Source: Okeania sp. SIO2B3 (GTDB lineage Bacteria; Cyanobacteriota; Cyanobacteriia; Cyanobacteriales; Microcoleaceae). From it: 64,000 bases of DNA. This document shows positions 61,029 to 64,000 of this stretch, one piece after another; position 1 is the stretch's first letter, and every line of letters starts with the position of its first letter. The stretch spans positions 41 through 64,040 of the forward strand of contig NZ_JAAHGH010000039.1 in the NCBI RefSeq assembly GCF_010672525.1. The letters are read 5' to 3'. The notes below the pieces were generated by a model that worked only from the letters and a program-made list of their open reading frames with translations, was not told the origin of the DNA and ran no database searches. A program made the position numbers and the translations under genes.

Positions 61029-61562
61029 ATTCACTTATGAGGACTTCTCCTTAAGATAAAGGGAAATTAGAGAATCAAAAACTGATAACTTTACCTATTG
61101 TTCAAACCAAAATGAAAATCGGGAAATAACTTGTCTTTGTTGGAAGTGCTGATCGGAAATTATAATATAGCACTACGCAAATAGGCCACAGAAATTCTTC
61201 TATTTCTGATTCTCTACTCCCTACTACCTTTTCCCTCAAATTTATTGTCAAACCCTAAAGAAGGTACTGCTATAATAGTAAAAATTTACCAAAATTATTT
61301 GATATTACTAACTCTCTGTGTGCCTCAAAGAAATACTTACTTATAGTGCTTTTCATATATATGGGGTACAGTGGCCACCTACTGCCTACTCCCTAACCCA
61401 AAATAATTTTGTAGTCTACTTATAGCAGTTTTCATATAGATAGAGTAAAGTGACTAAAGCATTTTCCTACTGCCTACTCCCTAACCCAAAATAACTTTGT
61501 AGTCTACTTAAATGAAAACCGCTGTAATTTTATTTATATTACTTTCAGAGGTTGAATTATTT

Positions 61563-62051
61563 ATGAATAAGCAAGATATAATTGATAAATTATCTTTAGT
61601 TAAACAAATGGAAGGAGGTTATTTTTAAGAAATCTATCGTTCTGATTTAAATATAAATACTGATAGAGAAGGAAGTGAAAGAAAGTTACTTACTTCCATT
61701 TATTATCTGCTCACTGATGACCGTCCAGTTGACCACTTCCATAAGAATAAATCAGATGTTATTCATTATTTTCATGGTGGTTCTCCTGTGAGTTATTTAG
61801 TTCTTGAGCTAAACGGAAAATTGTCAAAATTTAAACTTGGGTTTGATGTTACTAAAGGTCATGTTCCTCAACTATTAGTACCAAAAGATTGTTGGAAAGC
61901 AGCAATACTTGAAGAGGGTGAATTTGGTTTACTTGAAGAAGCTGTTAGTCCAGGCTTTGAATATCAAGATATGGAAATAGCTACACCCGATTATTTTAAA
62001 GCTAATTTTCCTGATTTGTGGGATGAACTCTCCCCCTATGTCAAGCAGTAA
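61563..62051 (+). pseudogene. DUF985 cupin-family protein with one in-frame TAA
   Basis: MNKQDIIDKLSLVKQMEGGYF*EIYRSD...HFHKNKSDVIHYFHGG... continues in the same frame into the track ORF 61788-62051. The stop is at ~61626. Confidence 0.7.
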
Positions 62052-62418
62052 ATTCTCATTTGTACTTAATTTGAAATTTATGAAACCTAGGGGAAGTTTG
62101 TTCTGCTTAGTAGGTTTGTTGAAAGGTTGTCTGATTCTTTTCAATTTCTGAAAAAATCAAGACAAAAATTAGCAGTAGGTTGAGCTTCACTACCTCGCAA
62201 AACCGTGGTTACTAAACTACAGCAAAATATTTCATCTTCTTCTAAAGCTCGAAAAAATTTTGCCCGCGCAGAAAGGAAGATGAGCTTGGATTTTCAAACC
62301 AACTTTGTCATACATTTTGAAGTGCAGAATATTGGTTAATCTATTGACAAAGTTCAATAAAGTTTGACGGTCTGTAATAGTTGTCAATTTGATTAATTTT
62401 GATTAAAGGCACATCACT

Positions 62419-62811
62419 ATGAAGTATTTTTTCCTATTCCTACGCAAGGCATTTATTGTGTCCTTAGTGGGCATATTTTTGTCTGTAAGCACATTTATAG
62501 GGGAAGCAGTTGCTGATGATACACCCCTCCTAAAATGTAGTCCCCATGTTCGCTATGGAGCCAGTACCCACTGTGGAAAGCTGATATTGATACCTACTTT
62601 CTGGGGACTATGAGTTTCTTTGTCTTGGAGAGCAATCGCCCGACCTCAAAAACATTTCTATTTGATATTAGCAATCAAGGTAGATCGGCAAAATGAAAAG
62701 CTTGGGGATAAGTTTAACCTAGATTCACTTTCCATCTCTATTCTCAAGAATGGTGGACCTGTGGATGAAACCATAACTGTTAACAAATTAGACATCTACA
62801 CTCGTCAATAG
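62419..62811 (+). pseudogene. Small signal-peptide protein; two track ORFs share one frame, split by an in-frame TGA (62611)
   Basis: 62419 and 62620 are in the same frame, and the junction reads ...TFWGL*VSLSWRAIA.... I recognise no family. It could equally be two unrelated short ORFs. Confidence 0.3.
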
Positions 62812-63157
62812 CAGGCTATTTAAGTACTGAAGAACCATAATTTTAATCTCTTGACAAAGAGCAATAAAGTTAGAAAGACTCTCATAATTGTCAATTTGAT
62901 TAATTTTGACAGGACTTAAGCAAAGAGACTATACATAGCAAATACTAATTTAGGCGATCGCTAAACCCATAGAGCGATCGCCTTTCTCATCAAAACCCCC
63001 TTAACCCCAGGAACAACATTTTCATTCTATAAAGCTCCAAAAAAACGAAGTGAGGCCGGAAAGAAAATAGGCTTGCATCCTCAAACAAACTCTGATAGTA
63101 TAATGTCATTAGGGAGTGTTCGCTACTACGCTAGATTTTTTATTCAACTAGAAAAAC

Positions 63158-63508
63158 ATGAAAGTTGAAAGTAAAAAAAAATCAAGCGATCGCCTCCCAG
63201 AGAACTCCCAGACAACTCAAACCAAGGCATTCTCTAAAGAACTCCCGAAAAAAGCGACACCGAAAGTAGAATTAGGATTGCCATTTCAAACCAACTGTGA
63301 TAAATTAATCTCAAGATGGGTAACTCGCCTATGTACTAGACTTTTTATTCAACACAAAAAATATACGAAAACTGAAAAAACTCCCTTTGTATATCACACA
63401 AACAATCTTTTGTCAAAGCAACAAAAAACGACCAAAGAAAAATTAGTCATTTTGAGCAAAGAAAATTCAGACAAAGATCGGGCAAGACAACAGCAGAATA
63501 GGAATTAA
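63158..63508 (+). CDS. Hypothetical Lys/Gln-rich protein
   Basis: ORF only, with low-complexity basic composition. Confidence 0.25.
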   Translation: MKVESKKKSSDRLPENSQTTQTKAFSKELPKKATPKVELGLPFQTNCDKLISRWVTRLCTRLFIQHKKYTKTEKTPFVYHTNNLLSKQQKTTKEKLVILSKENSDKDRARQQQNRN

Positions 63509-64000
63509 CAGCCTTAAAACTCAATCAAGATATAGAATGCTCCAACTATATCACAAGTATAGAATATCACAAAATTGAAAAAAACCCCTAAAAATATTGA
63601 AACCTCGTTAACCAACTCAGAAAAATTTCTCCATTTAACAATCAGATAAAAACGGTAAAGTTTAAAATATTAAAACCAAAAACAGAAACCTATAACTACA
63701 TATAATTTAAACCTCCAAAAAAAAATATTATCAACCAAATCAAAAATGAAAAAACAAACATTGATTCAAATAAATATTATTAGGCACATCCGCAGCTCAT
63801 CAATGGAACATTATTCACCGAAAAATTGGGTTTGAAGCCTCCCTCTAAAAGGGGCAGGGCTGTTTCATTCTCGCGAAAAACAGAGAAGGAGATAGATAGA
63901 TGGGTATAACAGGAAAATTTTGGAAAAATAGTCAGGATTTCGGCCAAATTTATCAATTATCCTTGAAGGTAAATTAACGAATTTTTGTTATTTGACCTAA

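Overview
This 64-kb window reads as chromosomal DNA from a filamentous, probably heterocyst-forming (Nostocales-type) cyanobacterium. That origin is an inference from the many HIP1 octamers (GCGATCGC), the STRR-type heptamer arrays, the AT-rich intergenic DNA and the gene content.

Gene content, left to right:
- 1-9062: the start of an NRPS cluster on the minus strand. A 1994-aa C / A-remnant / A / KR / T protein is followed by a second, window-truncated NRPS (C, A, start of an embedded methyltransferase).
- 10.6-27.6 kb: housekeeping and accessory genes. These include DUF3179, an nSTAND1-type NTPase with a TPR-like N-terminus, a multi-GAF pseudo-histidine-kinase, pyrD, a SanA-like gene, a transaldolase-like gene, an AhpD-like gene, TetR, DUF2459, hisA, a methyltransferase and upp.
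- 29-37 kb: a divergently arranged pterin-type cluster. It holds folB, DUF1688, folK, an SDR, a divergent DHPS-fold protein, a decayed SDR paralog, a PTPS/QueD-like gene and a P450-like gene.
- 38.4-43.0 kb: four tightly packed minus-strand genes. These are a URC1-type GTP-cyclohydrolase-II-like gene, a HEPN gene, a KGGVGR-variant ParA-like NTPase and an Sll1717-like P-loop NTPase.
- 43-64 kb: a dead ABC substrate-binding gene, TerD, a methyltransferase / Cys-Met PLP enzyme / methyltransferase trio, STAS, a TerB-like gene, leuD, a TnpB remnant, an ABC1 kinase, an EF-hand protein and several small or decayed ORFs.

I found no rRNA, tRNA or CRISPR array.

The most interesting candidate for an undescribed system is the HEPN + two-NTPase operon at 38445-41752.

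Intergenic DNA is saturated with at least six MITE or hairpin repeat families. Several show target-site duplications or nested insertions, and two sit in frame inside ORFs. Coordinates of repeats and re-called starts were hand-counted and may be off by a few bases.
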